Positions 9,505 through 19,297 of a stretch of 64,000 nucleotides of DNA are shown here, in pieces. Origin of the DNA: Planctomycetota bacterium (GTDB taxonomy: Bacteria > Planctomycetota > SZUA-567 > H5-PLA8). The notes beneath the pieces were generated by a model. That model had not been told where the DNA came from. It did no database searches and saw only the letters and a list, made by a program, of their open reading frames with translations. Where the stretch lies: the NCBI GenBank assembly GCA_038227045.1, contig JBBRQD010000006.1, positions 34,754 to 98,753 on the forward strand. The letters run 5' to 3'. How positions within the stretch are numbered: the stretch's first letter is position 1; the number at the start of each line of letters is the position of its first letter. A program made the position numbers and the translations under genes.

Positions 9505-10992
9505 TCAGTTGAATTTGAAATTCCGTTTCAGAGCGTCCTTCACCCAAGTCTTGTAAACTTCTTCCATTTTTTCTTCTGGAAATTTGAACACAGTCTCCAG
9601 CGCTTCTTTTTCGGGTTTTCCGCTCTTGATCAAATGGATGAACTGCGGCAGGCGTTGATTGTCGAAGTTGCGATACAGGAATTCAAGCCTGGTGTACGCG
9701 CAACTGTAACCCACTCCGTCCATCCCGGAGCGCGGGCGGTCCGCCATCTCTTCCCACGTGGGCGGGGTGCCTTTATTGCGTGAAATTTCATCGCGCAGAT
9801 TGGCCATGCGATCCCGCTTGCCGGGATATTTTTCGCTTTCGTACCAAAATTCGATGAACTGGGCCATGCCCTCGTGCAGCCAGCGGCTGAGTTCGACGTC
9901 TTCACCGGAGAGTTGAAGGAATGCGTGCGTGCCCTCGTGAAAGAGCGTTCCGTGCGCCTCTTCGTCCATGCGCGCGGGACTGGTTTTCAGCCGCTCGGAC
10001 ATGAATGGAATGCAGATATGCACTTCGCGCCCCTGCGACGCGAAGTAACCGCCCGAATAGGCCGCGCCGGGCGAATGGTCGATTTCAGCAGCGAACTTCT
10101 GAAATTGTTTGAACGTGTCGAAATAGTAGATCGGCATCTTGTTGTTCCAAAGCTTCTCGCCTTCTTTGTGATTGAGCACGCGGCAGAGCAGATCGTACAG
10201 CGTTTCGTTCCATTGCTGCGCGATCATCTTGTGCTTGTCTTCCGCGATATTGGCGAAGCAAAAGAAATGTTTGGTTTCAATCAAGCGCCACTTTCCGCCC
10301 AATTTGGCATTCAATTCCTCGAGCCGTTTGTCGAGAAATTCTTTCATTTGCGCTTCGGTTCGCGCCGCCACTTCGCGGCGCATGAACTTCTTTCGAAAAT
10401 CTTCGTCGGCTTTTTCCGAACTATCGCTTTCACTCATCGGCTTGGTGTCGCTCGGCTTGGGCGGGACAGGCTTTGATTTGTCAGTCTTGTCAGCCACGGC
10501 CACGGTCACCGGTTTATCCTCGGTCTTTTTAGGTTCAGCGACCGTCTTGACCGGCGGCGGGGCGGAGGGGTCGGGAATCTTTTTCAAGAGTTCGTCGGCT
10601 TTATCTTTCAGACTTCCATCCAGGCGGGCGGCTTCGGCCAATTCGGTTTTGGCTTCGGCGTATAATTCTTTCTTCGCGAAATAAGTTCCCATCGCAAAAC
10701 GCAGCGCCGCGTTCTTGGGTTCCATTGCGAGTTTGTAACATTCGCTGACTTCCTGCGGCGTGATCAGTCCAAACGGCAGCGCCTGTTCCTTTTCGCCTTC
10801 CGGCTTGACAAGCACTTCCGACTTGGTGATTTTGAGAATCTCGCAGCGCAGAAATTTGCCGCCCGGCAAGTGCAGCGTCACTTTCTCGGGTTCGGCCGAC
10901 CACGCCGAAAAACTCCCCGATACGCAGACAATTGCCAACGCGAGCGCCACGCGCGAACACATAGGATTGCGATGAATGAAAACCGGATTCAT
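9505..10992 (-). CDS. secreted putative zinc metallopeptidase (DUF1570-like, HExxH motif)
   Basis: HEGTHAF (HExxH) motif; signal-peptide-like N-terminus when started at MNPVF (10992); Pro/Lys-rich linker; DUF1570 assignment is from memory. Confidence 0.55.
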   Translation of the reverse strand: MNPVFIHRNPMCSRVALALAIVCVSGSFSAWSAEPEKVTLHLPGGKFLRCEILKITKSEVLVKPEGEKEQALPFGLITPQEVSECYKLAMEPKNAALRFAMGTYFAKKELYAEAKTELAEAARLDGSLKDKADELLKKIPDPSAPPPVKTVAEPKKTEDKPVTVAVADKTDKSKPVPPKPSDTKPMSESDSSEKADEDFRKKFMRREVAARTEAQMKEFLDKRLEELNAKLGGKWRLIETKHFFCFANIAEDKHKMIAQQWNETLYDLLCRVLNHKEGEKLWNNKMPIYYFDTFKQFQKFAAEIDHSPGAAYSGGYFASQGREVHICIPFMSERLKTSPARMDEEAHGTLFHEGTHAFLQLSGEDVELSRWLHEGMAQFIEFWYESEKYPGKRDRMANLRDEISRNKGTPPTWEEMADRPRSGMDGVGYSCAYTRLEFLYRNFDNQRLPQFIHLIKSGKPEKEALETVFKFPEEKMEEVYKTWVKDALKRNFKFN

Positions 10993-11130
10993 GCGAGAAG
11001 ACTCCAAGCCAAAAATAGTTCGTGGAGAGAATTCAATAGCACAACGCATCAATGCCGCCGATTGAAACCGTTAACAGTGTACCTCTCTCCGTCTGCTTTT
11101 GACGCAAAATCTTGGTAAAAAGTTGCGCAT

Positions 11131-11173
11131 AAAAAAAAAAGCCCATTCCGCCGGCATACCGGGGGAATGGGCC
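11131..11173 (-). terminator. rho-independent terminator of the ComEA-like gene
   Basis: gcccattcc...ggaatgggc stem directly followed by a U10 run on the minus-strand transcript, 20 nt after the stop. Confidence 0.8.
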
Positions 11174-11192
11174 TCGAACGGATAGGGTTTAA

Positions 11193-11948
11193 TTAGTCAT
11201 TCTTGGACTTGTGCGCGCCGGACTTGATTGCATCTTCTTCGGTCATGAATTCGCCCTTTTTGGTCTTGCCGTACCACTGGTCGCCTTCAACGTGGTAGAC
11301 CTTCGAATTGGTATTGACCCAAACCATGCCTTTTTTCGGCGGAACTTTGGCTTCGGTCTCTTCTTTTTTATCATCCGTTTTGTCGCCCTTGGCGACCTTG
11401 GTATCTTCCTTCTTCTCAGTCTTGGAAACCTTGCCGAAGGTGATATGCGGTGCAATCTTTTCCGCGGTCTTTTCAGGAACCCCAGCTTTCACGAGATCGT
11501 CAATCGTCTTGTATGGGCGACCCTCAACGATCTTCTTGGCCGTTGCCGCGCCGACGCCGTCGAGCGTGTCTTCGAGTTCCTTAATGGTCGCGTTGTTGAT
11601 GTCAATTTTTTCGGTCTTCGCAGCCTTTTCCCTCTCCACCTCAGTTTTGGAAACCTTGCCAAATGTGATATGGGGTGCAATCTTTTCCGCGGTCTTTTCA
11701 GGAACCCCGGCTTTCACGAGATCATCAATCGTCTTATATGGGCGGCCGTCAACGATCTTCTTGGCCGTTACCGCGCCGACGCCGTCGAGAGTGTCTTCGA
11801 GTTCCCTAATGGTCGCGTTGTTGATGTCAATTTTTTCGGTCTTCGCAGGCTTTTCCTTCTCCACCGCGCGAACCGGTGACGTGCTCAATCCGGCCATAAT
11901 GCCGAATGCGGCCAATAAACTCAAAAACATCTTGCGGGAACTTTGCAT
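11193..11948 (-). CDS. secreted ComEA-like protein with two tandem helix-hairpin-helix modules and a short C-terminal YH..G..WYGKTK domain
   Basis: Two 75-aa units each containing IDINNAT..EL..L.GVG...AKKIV..RPY.....L (ComEA HhH signature); signal peptide if started at MQSSRKMF (11948). Confidence 0.75.
   Translation of the reverse strand: MQSSRKMFLSLLAAFGIMAGLSTSPVRAVEKEKPAKTEKIDINNATIRELEDTLDGVGAVTAKKIVDGRPYKTIDDLVKAGVPEKTAEKIAPHITFGKVSKTEVEREKAAKTEKIDINNATIKELEDTLDGVGAATAKKIVEGRPYKTIDDLVKAGVPEKTAEKIAPHITFGKVSKTEKKEDTKVAKGDKTDDKKEETEAKVPPKKGMVWVNTNSKVYHVEGDQWYGKTKKGEFMTEEDAIKSGAHKSKND
11416..11865. repeat. 225-bp tandem direct duplication (2 units, ~93% identical) inside the ComEA-like CDS
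   Basis: Unit 11416-11640 and unit 11641-11865 align with only scattered substitutions; each encodes one HhH module. Confidence 0.85.
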
Positions 11949-12110
11949 GTCTACTCTCCTGAAAAAATGATAAGTTTCTACCCGGGAAAACGCCCAAGCA
12001 GTGCAAATGACGATAATGTTTCGCAATTATTCACAAAAACTATGAGACTTTTGAAACGCTAACGTATCTTTCGGCCGCGTCAAGATAAAAATTTCTGGAG
12101 AACGTGAACA

Positions 12111-12171
12111 TTGTAGTGCGGGCTTCCAGCCAGCAGTTTTAAGTTATGCAGGCTGCAAGCCTGCACCACAA
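12111..12171. repeat. TTGTGGTGC...GCACCACAA palindromic repeat element (family 1, copy A)
   Basis: ttgtagtgcgggcttccagcc ... ggctgcaagcctgcaccacaa; 8 bp downstream of the HEAT gene stop. Confidence 0.75.
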
Positions 12172-12178
12172 AGCTTAC

Positions 12179-14998
12179 TCAAAACGAATCGAGCGTTTCC
12201 GCTGCAATTTTGCGCACCGCTGGATCCCGATCAAAGAGCAGGCGTTCGACGGCCGGCCGCACTTCGGCAGCAAGCGGCTTGAGTGCGCGCATCGCCGCAT
12301 GGGCGCTGGCGGCGTCGCCGGTTCGCAACAGGCGCATCAGCGCCGGAGCCACTCCGGGGTGGCACGGTTGCATTGTGGCATAGCCACCCAGTCGCTCCGC
12401 ACCCATGGTGCGTGTGGACGCCGAGTTGCCTGGCAGTGTGAATTCGAACAGGCGCGGCACGGTGAGGTTCGCGTCCGCTTTAAGGGCCGCAAGCACGCAC
12501 AACGGCCAATAGCTTCGCGCGCTGCGATCAGTGGAGACGGTCGCGGTCAAAATCGGCACGGCAGGCTCGCCGATTTCGAGCAATGCGTCGTACGCCGCGC
12601 GGCACACGCTGTCGTCGCCATCGTAAAGCGCTGCCGCCAGCGCGCCGGCGCGTTCGGGGATCCCGGCATCCAGCGCCGGGCGCGACTGCCCCAGCGCCCA
12701 CACCGCCCATTTGCGCCGCGACGCAAACAACTCGCCGCGAATGACGCCCGCTAGAAAGGGAATCGCTTCGGGATCCTTCTCCGGCCCGATCAAGCGCAAC
12801 GCGTCGTACGCGGCGTGCGCTTCGGCTTCGTCGGCGCTTTGGGCCAGTTCCACGAGCGCCGGCAGAGCCTCGGCCGCCGCCGCGCCCAACAAACCCAGCG
12901 CTTTCGCCGAACGCACGCGAATCTCCGGGGAACCGCTGCGGATGTACCCGGTCAGCGCCGGCACCGCCACGGCGGCATGCGGACGTAGCGCGCGCACCAG
13001 AGCTTTGGGGAATTCAGGATCGTCGGGCCAGGCATCTTCCGCGGCCGTTCTGGCCAGCGGAGCCGCCGCGTCCGTTGCGTTCGCGCCCAGATTCGCGAGC
13101 GTTTCAATCGCCGCCCGGCGGCTCTTGGGTTCCGATTCGAGCCATTTGATCAGCGTCGGAAGTGCTCCTGCCGCACCTGCGCCAAAATAACCCAGCGCCT
13201 GCGCTGCCGCGCGCCTGACGTGCGGATCGGGATCGTCCAGCGCTTTTGAAAGCGGATCGGCGTTCACCGCATTGGCACTATACAGGCGCAACGCCAAAGC
13301 CGCATCGGCGCGCCCGGCCGGTGACGCATTGGCCAGCGCTGCAAGCAATTGCACTTCGGTGAACCCATCAAATGGTGTTAAACACGCCGGGGCGGCGGCA
13401 TTGCGCGAGACATTCAACGCGGCGATCGCTGCAAGCCGTTGAAATGCCATGCTGGCGCTCTTGCCGGTTTTTTGATCAGGCTTCAATTCAGCGCTTCTTT
13501 CCGCAGATGCTTTTTGAAGTGCCTCCAACGTGCCGGCCGCGGCGGGACCGATGCGGTTCAAGGTTGCCAACGCAAACAGTCGCACGCCATCGTCCTTGTC
13601 CTGTAATCGTCCAGCGATGTCCGCAAGGCAATCGCCGACGCCGACTGGCAGCGCGGGCTGGGTCTTCGAAGCGTCATCCCTCAGTTCTAAGAAGGTGCGA
13701 TTTTCAGTATCGTCCGGATTTTCAGCATTTTCTAAAGTGGGTACGACAAAGCGCGCGAGTATTCTCAATGCGGCGAGCCGCGATGAGGAGTAGTCGGAAT
13801 GGAGCGCCTTGCGCAGCGCGGGAAGCGCATCCTTGCCCACTCCATAAAGCAGATCGTCCGCCGTAATCCAACGGAATGGCGCGAACGGATCGGCCTTCGC
13901 GCCCAAACTGTCGGCGAGCAATTCAAGCACGGCAGGATCGCGCACGCTCAGGTTCGCCGCACCGAAGATCTGCGCCTCGCGAGCGCGCCGGTCGGTTTCC
14001 TTGCGCGCCGCCTGAACCAGAGCGGGAAACGCGCGCCGCCCTGCGCGCTTCATGCTTCCAAGCGCATCTGCCGCTGCCGCACGGGTGAGCGGCGAACCCG
14101 CTGCCAGCGCGTGCAGCAGTGCATCGACGCCGGGATCCCCAATCGTGCGCAACGCCGCGTCTGCCTCTTTGGCGTCGCGAGAACTGAGCGCGGCCTTGGC
14201 CAGCGTCTCCAGTGCGGGAGGATAAGGGAACGCGCCGTTGTCGTTCACTGTATTGGCTTTAAGCTTTGAATTGGCCGGCTTGGCTCCCGCCGATTTGGGA
14301 TCGGTCGGCTTGCCATCAGCGGGCTTGCCTTCAGCTTCAGGAGGGACGGCAATGTCCGGCAACACCGGTCCGCTGGGCGCATTCGGCGAGACAGGTGCAA
14401 AAGGTGAAGCCGGCATGGCCAGAACGATCAAGGCATCGAAGGCTTCCCGCCGCACCTCCACATTTCGATCCGATGCCGCGGCGACCACGGCTCTCCGCAC
14501 GAAAGCCGAAGTTGGCGCGATTTGTATTAAGGCGCGGCACGCCACTGCCCGGCACGCGGGCGCTTCTATGACATTGTCAAGAACTGACATCAGCACCGAT
14601 TCCGCGTCCCGTGCGTCAGCCCCCATCTTTCCCAGAGCGACTATCGCTAACCGGCCGATCGAGGGATCGTTGGATGTTTTTAAGATGACGAGTAGTGCCT
14701 GACTTGCCACAGACGCGCCGCTGGAAAGCGGACAGAGTTCCGTCACCGCTTCAAGCGCGATCTTAAGCCGTGTCGGATCGTCTTTCGTTTTAAGTGCCGC
14801 GATCCATTCCGGCGTCGTCTTGCCCTTATATAGTTCAAGCGGCGCAAAGGCGTCTGGAACAGGTGCGACCGGCCGTTCGGGATTAAGGGGCTCGGCGTCC
14901 CCTTCGCCCGCGCGGACGGATGCAAGCGCGGCGGCGACTAGCAGCATAGACAGGAGAAAGGGGCGGAGCATAAAAGTATACACAGAGTCAAACCACAT
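12179..14998 (-). CDS. large secreted HEAT-repeat protein
   Basis: 939 aa; signal peptide; >15 repeats of the D..VR..A..ALG.. type. Confidence 0.75.
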   Translation of the reverse strand: MWFDSVYTFMLRPFLLSMLLVAAALASVRAGEGDAEPLNPERPVAPVPDAFAPLELYKGKTTPEWIAALKTKDDPTRLKIALEAVTELCPLSSGASVASQALLVILKTSNDPSIGRLAIVALGKMGADARDAESVLMSVLDNVIEAPACRAVACRALIQIAPTSAFVRRAVVAAASDRNVEVRREAFDALIVLAMPASPFAPVSPNAPSGPVLPDIAVPPEAEGKPADGKPTDPKSAGAKPANSKLKANTVNDNGAFPYPPALETLAKAALSSRDAKEADAALRTIGDPGVDALLHALAAGSPLTRAAAADALGSMKRAGRRAFPALVQAARKETDRRAREAQIFGAANLSVRDPAVLELLADSLGAKADPFAPFRWITADDLLYGVGKDALPALRKALHSDYSSSRLAALRILARFVVPTLENAENPDDTENRTFLELRDDASKTQPALPVGVGDCLADIAGRLQDKDDGVRLFALATLNRIGPAAAGTLEALQKASAERSAELKPDQKTGKSASMAFQRLAAIAALNVSRNAAAPACLTPFDGFTEVQLLAALANASPAGRADAALALRLYSANAVNADPLSKALDDPDPHVRRAAAQALGYFGAGAAGALPTLIKWLESEPKSRRAAIETLANLGANATDAAAPLARTAAEDAWPDDPEFPKALVRALRPHAAVAVPALTGYIRSGSPEIRVRSAKALGLLGAAAAEALPALVELAQSADEAEAHAAYDALRLIGPEKDPEAIPFLAGVIRGELFASRRKWAVWALGQSRPALDAGIPERAGALAAALYDGDDSVCRAAYDALLEIGEPAVPILTATVSTDRSARSYWPLCVLAALKADANLTVPRLFEFTLPGNSASTRTMGAERLGGYATMQPCHPGVAPALMRLLRTGDAASAHAAMRALKPLAAEVRPAVERLLFDRDPAVRKIAAETLDSF

Positions 14999-15276
14999 GC
15001 GTCACCCCCTCAACCTTGGCATCCAAACCTCGATGGCTGTTCGATAAAAATGTTTGAAAATAATTTTAAGCCTGAATTAGCAGGGAAAATCGCAGATTTC
15101 GGCTCCTTTTTTTGAAAACGGCTTGCAAATAGTTTGAAGGCTTCTAATATCGACCGGACTAAGCCCTAAACTTTGTATTGTTTAAGAGCATTTTTAAAGC
15201 GAAGAGGAATTCCTCACGGTACCGTCGGCGCGGCTTGCGGAGTGACTGTAGAGGGGCAGATTGAGGGGGGGTCGGG

Positions 15277-16857
15277 ATGATGCGAGCTAGGTTTGCTGGA
15301 ATTCTCGCTGCGCTGTTGCTGGTTTCCAATTGCGCCGTACACGTGTTTGCCGGTTCTGCACAAGAAGAATTGCAGGAGTTGCGAGGCGAAGTGGCGAAGT
15401 TGCGCGAGCAGGTCAATGCCAATCGCGCCGCTGCTAACGCGTCCGTGCAAAGCACCGTCGACACCATGATGGACAACAAGTACGGCCCCGACGCCGCTGT
15501 CACCACCCGCACCGGAAAACTCGAAATCGGCGGTTTGTTGCAGGTCTGGTATTACTACGTCCAAAACAATTCTCGTGGTTTGTTTGACGATCCGACCGGC
15601 ACTGGAGTGGTCGACACAAATACCGCGAGCGACAACGACAGCTTCCGTATTCGCCGCGCTGAATTGCGCTTTAAAATGGACATTCACGAGAATGTCAGCG
15701 CCTATGTGAAAATCGATCCGGCCGCCGAAGCCGCAAGCTTCCCGCAGCTTGGTGTCGGCCCCAAGCGCCTGGCGAATGTCTCACCTGAGTTTTTGAACGC
15801 GAATGGTCCGCTTCCGGGCTCCAGCGCTGCCGTTGTCAGTGCCGTGCAAACGGGTTCCGGACAAATTCCGACGCTGTTGCAGGACGCCATGATTAACTTC
15901 CACGGCGTCATTCCGCATCACGATTTCACGATCGGTCAGATGCTGACCACATTCAACGAAGAGAGCTTCCAGGACAACGGCATGTTGGATTTTGCCGAAC
16001 GCTCGTACATCGGCAACTTGAACAGCCGCGATTTGGGCAGCGTCCTTCACGGTTCCTGGTGGTGCCCGGGTGGCGGCGGTGTGTATCAGGGTGCTGGCGA
16101 TTCCGGCCGGTTCCAGTATTGGCTGGGGCTGTACAACAGCGCTGGAAATCTGCACGGGACCGCTGGGCAGCAATTGAATCGCAGCGACGACAACGATCAC
16201 AAAGATTTCATCGGAACGATGCTGCTGCGCCCGATCTGGGACGACTGCTGGGGTAAATTGGAATTGGGCGTGTCGGTGCGTGGCGGTACTCACGGCGAAG
16301 ACGGCAACGGCCATCCCGTAACGATTCCGACCAACGGATTGGATCGTCAGAGCACTTGGTCGATCGGTTACGACGGCTGGGCAAAATATTACGCTCCGGG
16401 CCCGCTAAAGGGGCTGTGGGTCAAGGGTGAAGCTCAGTGGCTTCACGATCGCAACGCGGGATCGACGATCATTGATCTGGCTGCAAATGATTTCCAAAAC
16501 GGTGGCGATCAGGCTCATCCCTACAGCACATTTGGCTATTGGGGAGCGATCGGTTACAAATTTTCCGACAGCCCGCTCTTCTGCGGCTGCCAAAATTCGA
16601 TCTGGCGGAACTTCGAAGTGTTGGGACGCTACGAAAGCGCTCCGAACGTGACGATTTCCGATCCGGTCAATCCGCTTCAAACGAACGTGTATCAGACCAA
16701 GATTTACACGGGCGGCATCAACTACTACATCAAGGGTGACCACGCGAAGATTCAGTTGAACTTCAACAAGTGCAACAATCCGCACGGTCCCCTCGGACAG
16801 CCTTTCCACAACGTCCGCAACGACAGCATGATTTTGAATTTCCAAGTGATGTGGTAA
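15277..16857 (+). CDS. outer-membrane porin, phosphate-selective porin O/P-like
   Basis: Signal peptide; N-terminal coiled coil; FRIRRAELRF motif resembling the OprO/OprP family; C-terminal Trp-rich beta-barrel-like end. Confidence 0.6.
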   Translation: MMRARFAGILAALLLVSNCAVHVFAGSAQEELQELRGEVAKLREQVNANRAAANASVQSTVDTMMDNKYGPDAAVTTRTGKLEIGGLLQVWYYYVQNNSRGLFDDPTGTGVVDTNTASDNDSFRIRRAELRFKMDIHENVSAYVKIDPAAEAASFPQLGVGPKRLANVSPEFLNANGPLPGSSAAVVSAVQTGSGQIPTLLQDAMINFHGVIPHHDFTIGQMLTTFNEESFQDNGMLDFAERSYIGNLNSRDLGSVLHGSWWCPGGGGVYQGAGDSGRFQYWLGLYNSAGNLHGTAGQQLNRSDDNDHKDFIGTMLLRPIWDDCWGKLELGVSVRGGTHGEDGNGHPVTIPTNGLDRQSTWSIGYDGWAKYYAPGPLKGLWVKGEAQWLHDRNAGSTIIDLAANDFQNGGDQAHPYSTFGYWGAIGYKFSDSPLFCGCQNSIWRNFEVLGRYESAPNVTISDPVNPLQTNVYQTKIYTGGINYYIKGDHAKIQLNFNKCNNPHGPLGQPFHNVRNDSMILNFQVMW

Positions 16858-16885
16858 GCAGTCAACTAAGAATTTGCAGCAATGA

Positions 16886-16913
16886 AACCGGGCGCGGGTC
16901 GCCCGGTTTTTTT
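16886..16913 (+). terminator. rho-independent terminator of the porin gene
   Basis: aaccgggcg cgggtc gcccggtt followed by ttttttt. Confidence 0.8.
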
Positions 16914-16956
16914 ATAGCCAGATATTTTTAGCACGCCGGTATGCGGAAATTTATCG

Positions 16957-18249
16957 GTGATGAACCTGTCCCTGTTTCTTGAACCCCATCGGCTGCGCCG
17001 CTTCCTTCTGCAACTTTATCGCGCGGGCGTGATCCTGTTGCTGGCCATGCTGGTCCGCAATCACCGCGTGCGCTTGCAGATCGACACCGATTTTCCCGTG
17101 ACTCTCGCCGAAGTACTGCCCTTTTTACCGGACGCCTCGCGGCTTCAAGTCGATACCGAACGCATGGGCCTTGAAGTCCTCGACGCCAGGCGCGCACGTA
17201 TTGGCTATGCCGTGCGCACGCAGCCGGTCTGCAAGGATATTGTCGGATACTCAGGCCCGACCGACGCCATGCTCGTCTTCGATTCAAAATGGGTCGTTCG
17301 CGGTGTCAAGATTCGCGGCAGCCGCGACACCTACACGCACTTTTTCGATGTCTCCACCGACCGCTATTTTCTGAAATCCTGGGAGGGCAAGACCTGGGAG
17401 CAGATTGCCGAAATGGATTTGAAGAAGGCCGGCGTTGAAGGTGTTTCGGGCGCGACATTGACCAGCATGGCCGTGGCGCGCAGCTTAGTCTTTCGGCTCA
17501 AGAATGGGGCTGCTATTACGTCTGCTGAGCCGCCGCCGGTGTCGTTTCACGCGGCCGATTTCGGGTTGCTTGCCGCGCTGGGGGGCGCGCTGCTGATTGC
17601 ATTCAGCCGGTTGCGCGGCCTAAAATATCTGCGCGGATGGTGGCAAATTGTACTCCTTGGTGGCGTTGGATTTCTGAACGGACAATTGCTGGCGGTGGCG
17701 CTTTTCGGCGGATGGGCTGTATCTGGAGTGGCGTGGCGGAGCGCCCCGGCGTTGGCCCTGCTCGCGGCTGCGGCGCTGTTGGTTCCGTGGATTTCGAAGA
17801 AGGCGTTGTACTGCCAATATTTCTGCCCGCATGGTGCGGCACAGGAGTGGATTCATCGTCTGGCGCCGAAGTCGTGGCGCATCAATTTGTCGCCGGGCGT
17901 ATCGGCGGGATTGCGCTGGCTGCCCGGGCTGCTGCTGCTCGTCGCCTTGATCGTCACGATGCTCAAACTCCCCTGCGAACTGGCGGACATCGAACCCTTC
18001 GACGCATACGTTGTGCGCGCGTGGGGCGGAACAATGGCCGTCGCAGTGGCAGGACTTTTCGCGGCGCTATTCGTCCCGATGGCCTACTGCAAATTCGGCT
18101 GCCCAACCGGAGCCCTGCTCGAATTCATCCGCGCGCGAGGCCCCCAGGATCGGTTCAGTAAAAGAGACGCATTCGCGCTGATTTTGGTAGCGGCCACGAT
18201 ATGGATGTACGCCGACTACAGCCAAATCAAAGCCTGGATAGTAGGGTGA
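16957..18249 (+). CDS. NosR/NapH-like membrane protein: FMN-binding domain plus a polytopic domain with two CxxxCP Fe-S motifs
   Basis: VSGATLTS matches the flavinylation motif of FMN_bind domains; YCQYFCPHG and YCKFGCPTG are NapH/NosR-type cysteine motifs; 6-8 TM segments. Confidence 0.65.
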   Translation: MMNLSLFLEPHRLRRFLLQLYRAGVILLLAMLVRNHRVRLQIDTDFPVTLAEVLPFLPDASRLQVDTERMGLEVLDARRARIGYAVRTQPVCKDIVGYSGPTDAMLVFDSKWVVRGVKIRGSRDTYTHFFDVSTDRYFLKSWEGKTWEQIAEMDLKKAGVEGVSGATLTSMAVARSLVFRLKNGAAITSAEPPPVSFHAADFGLLAALGGALLIAFSRLRGLKYLRGWWQIVLLGGVGFLNGQLLAVALFGGWAVSGVAWRSAPALALLAAAALLVPWISKKALYCQYFCPHGAAQEWIHRLAPKSWRINLSPGVSAGLRWLPGLLLLVALIVTMLKLPCELADIEPFDAYVVRAWGGTMAVAVAGLFAALFVPMAYCKFGCPTGALLEFIRARGPQDRFSKRDAFALILVAATIWMYADYSQIKAWIVG

Positions 18250-18261
18250 AGATGAAAAGGT

Positions 18262-18330
18262 AACAAGGTGACAAGGTGAGGGGGGTGACAAGGTGAAACG
18301 GCGTGTGTTGTTTCACCCCCTCACCCCAAC
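18262..18330. repeat. acaaggtga direct repeats (x3) plus gtgaggggg/ccccctcac hairpin between convergent genes
   Basis: Read directly from the sequence; probable terminator. Confidence 0.5.
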
Positions 18331-18335
18331 ATTTT

Positions 18336-19217
18336 TCACAGCCCCTCGGGAGGTTTCGGTGCCTCATTTTTCCCCGCCGGGCGTTCGAAAGTCGAATTCA
18401 AGTCGCGCGAGCGTTTGGCATCGCCGCCGGTTGCCAGATAGAAATCGCTCTCTTTTGAAATCCCCGCGTCGTTGTTCTCAAGCGGCGTCGCATCACCGGT
18501 GAATCGCGCTTTCAGCAGTTCGGCCCATTTTCCATCCAGCGTTCGAACCCAGCCATTGCCAAACCGCGCACGGCGCTCCTCGCCCACGCTCTTGCCATCG
18601 CGGCGAAAATCTTCAACGAAGGAATACAAGCCCGTCAAGTGCGCGGTATGAGCCGTCGTTTGAAATGTCGCGAGCTTCTTCCATTCTTTTTTTTCGGCGA
18701 TGAAAAAGTAGCCCGTGTAAACGCTCGATTTTCCATCCGCTTTGCACGAGACGAGAAATTTCTGTGTCTCGCCGATTTTCCAATCGAACGGAAACATGCT
18801 CTTGCCGCCGGTGCCTTCGCCACCAAAACGGCTGACAGTGACACCTTCGCCCTCGTACAGAACCTTGACGCGATCGTCGTCCTTGACGCTGCTCGGATCG
18901 TTCTGCTTGCCCGGATCCCAGACCGAAAACAGGACCACTTTTTTGCCGTTTCCCAGTTCTTGAATTCCGAAGTACCCGGAACGAAATCCGCACGCCATGA
19001 AATAAGTGCCGCGAGTGGACTGCTCGACCGTCGCTTCTGTGTAAAAAAGGTCCGCTTCAGCTTTGCCGCCGGCCGGCGCTGGAATGGGATAGCCTAGGTG
19101 CACGGAACGAGCCGCGCGAGGCGCAGGCTTCGGCTTTTCGTCTTCCGCATACACGGCGGCCAAACAAAGAAGAGTCATTGCGAAGAAAGCGGCGAACGAA
19201 TAATTGCGTCGAATCAT
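18336..19217 (-). CDS. secreted protein, DUF3472-like
   Basis: Signal peptide from MIRRNYSF; VVLFSVWD...FGGEGTG...WKIGETQKFLV...VYTGYFF resembles the DUF3472 family from memory. Confidence 0.5.
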   Translation of the reverse strand: MIRRNYSFAAFFAMTLLCLAAVYAEDEKPKPAPRAARSVHLGYPIPAPAGGKAEADLFYTEATVEQSTRGTYFMACGFRSGYFGIQELGNGKKVVLFSVWDPGKQNDPSSVKDDDRVKVLYEGEGVTVSRFGGEGTGGKSMFPFDWKIGETQKFLVSCKADGKSSVYTGYFFIAEKKEWKKLATFQTTAHTAHLTGLYSFVEDFRRDGKSVGEERRARFGNGWVRTLDGKWAELLKARFTGDATPLENNDAGISKESDFYLATGGDAKRSRDLNSTFERPAGKNEAPKPPEGL

Positions 19218-19297
19218 GTGATACTCCCAAATTCGGTGAAACAAGTTTAACCGGTTTGATAACAGTGCCGTCACAAATTTGGTTGTGGTGCGGACGT

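Noticed and set aside
14998-15277. Sigma-54 (-24/-12) promoter upstream of the porin gene (tggcat...ttgca fragments)
   Set aside because: The GG and GC elements are not at the required 10-bp spacing, and no convincing TGGCAC-N5-TTGCA match exists.
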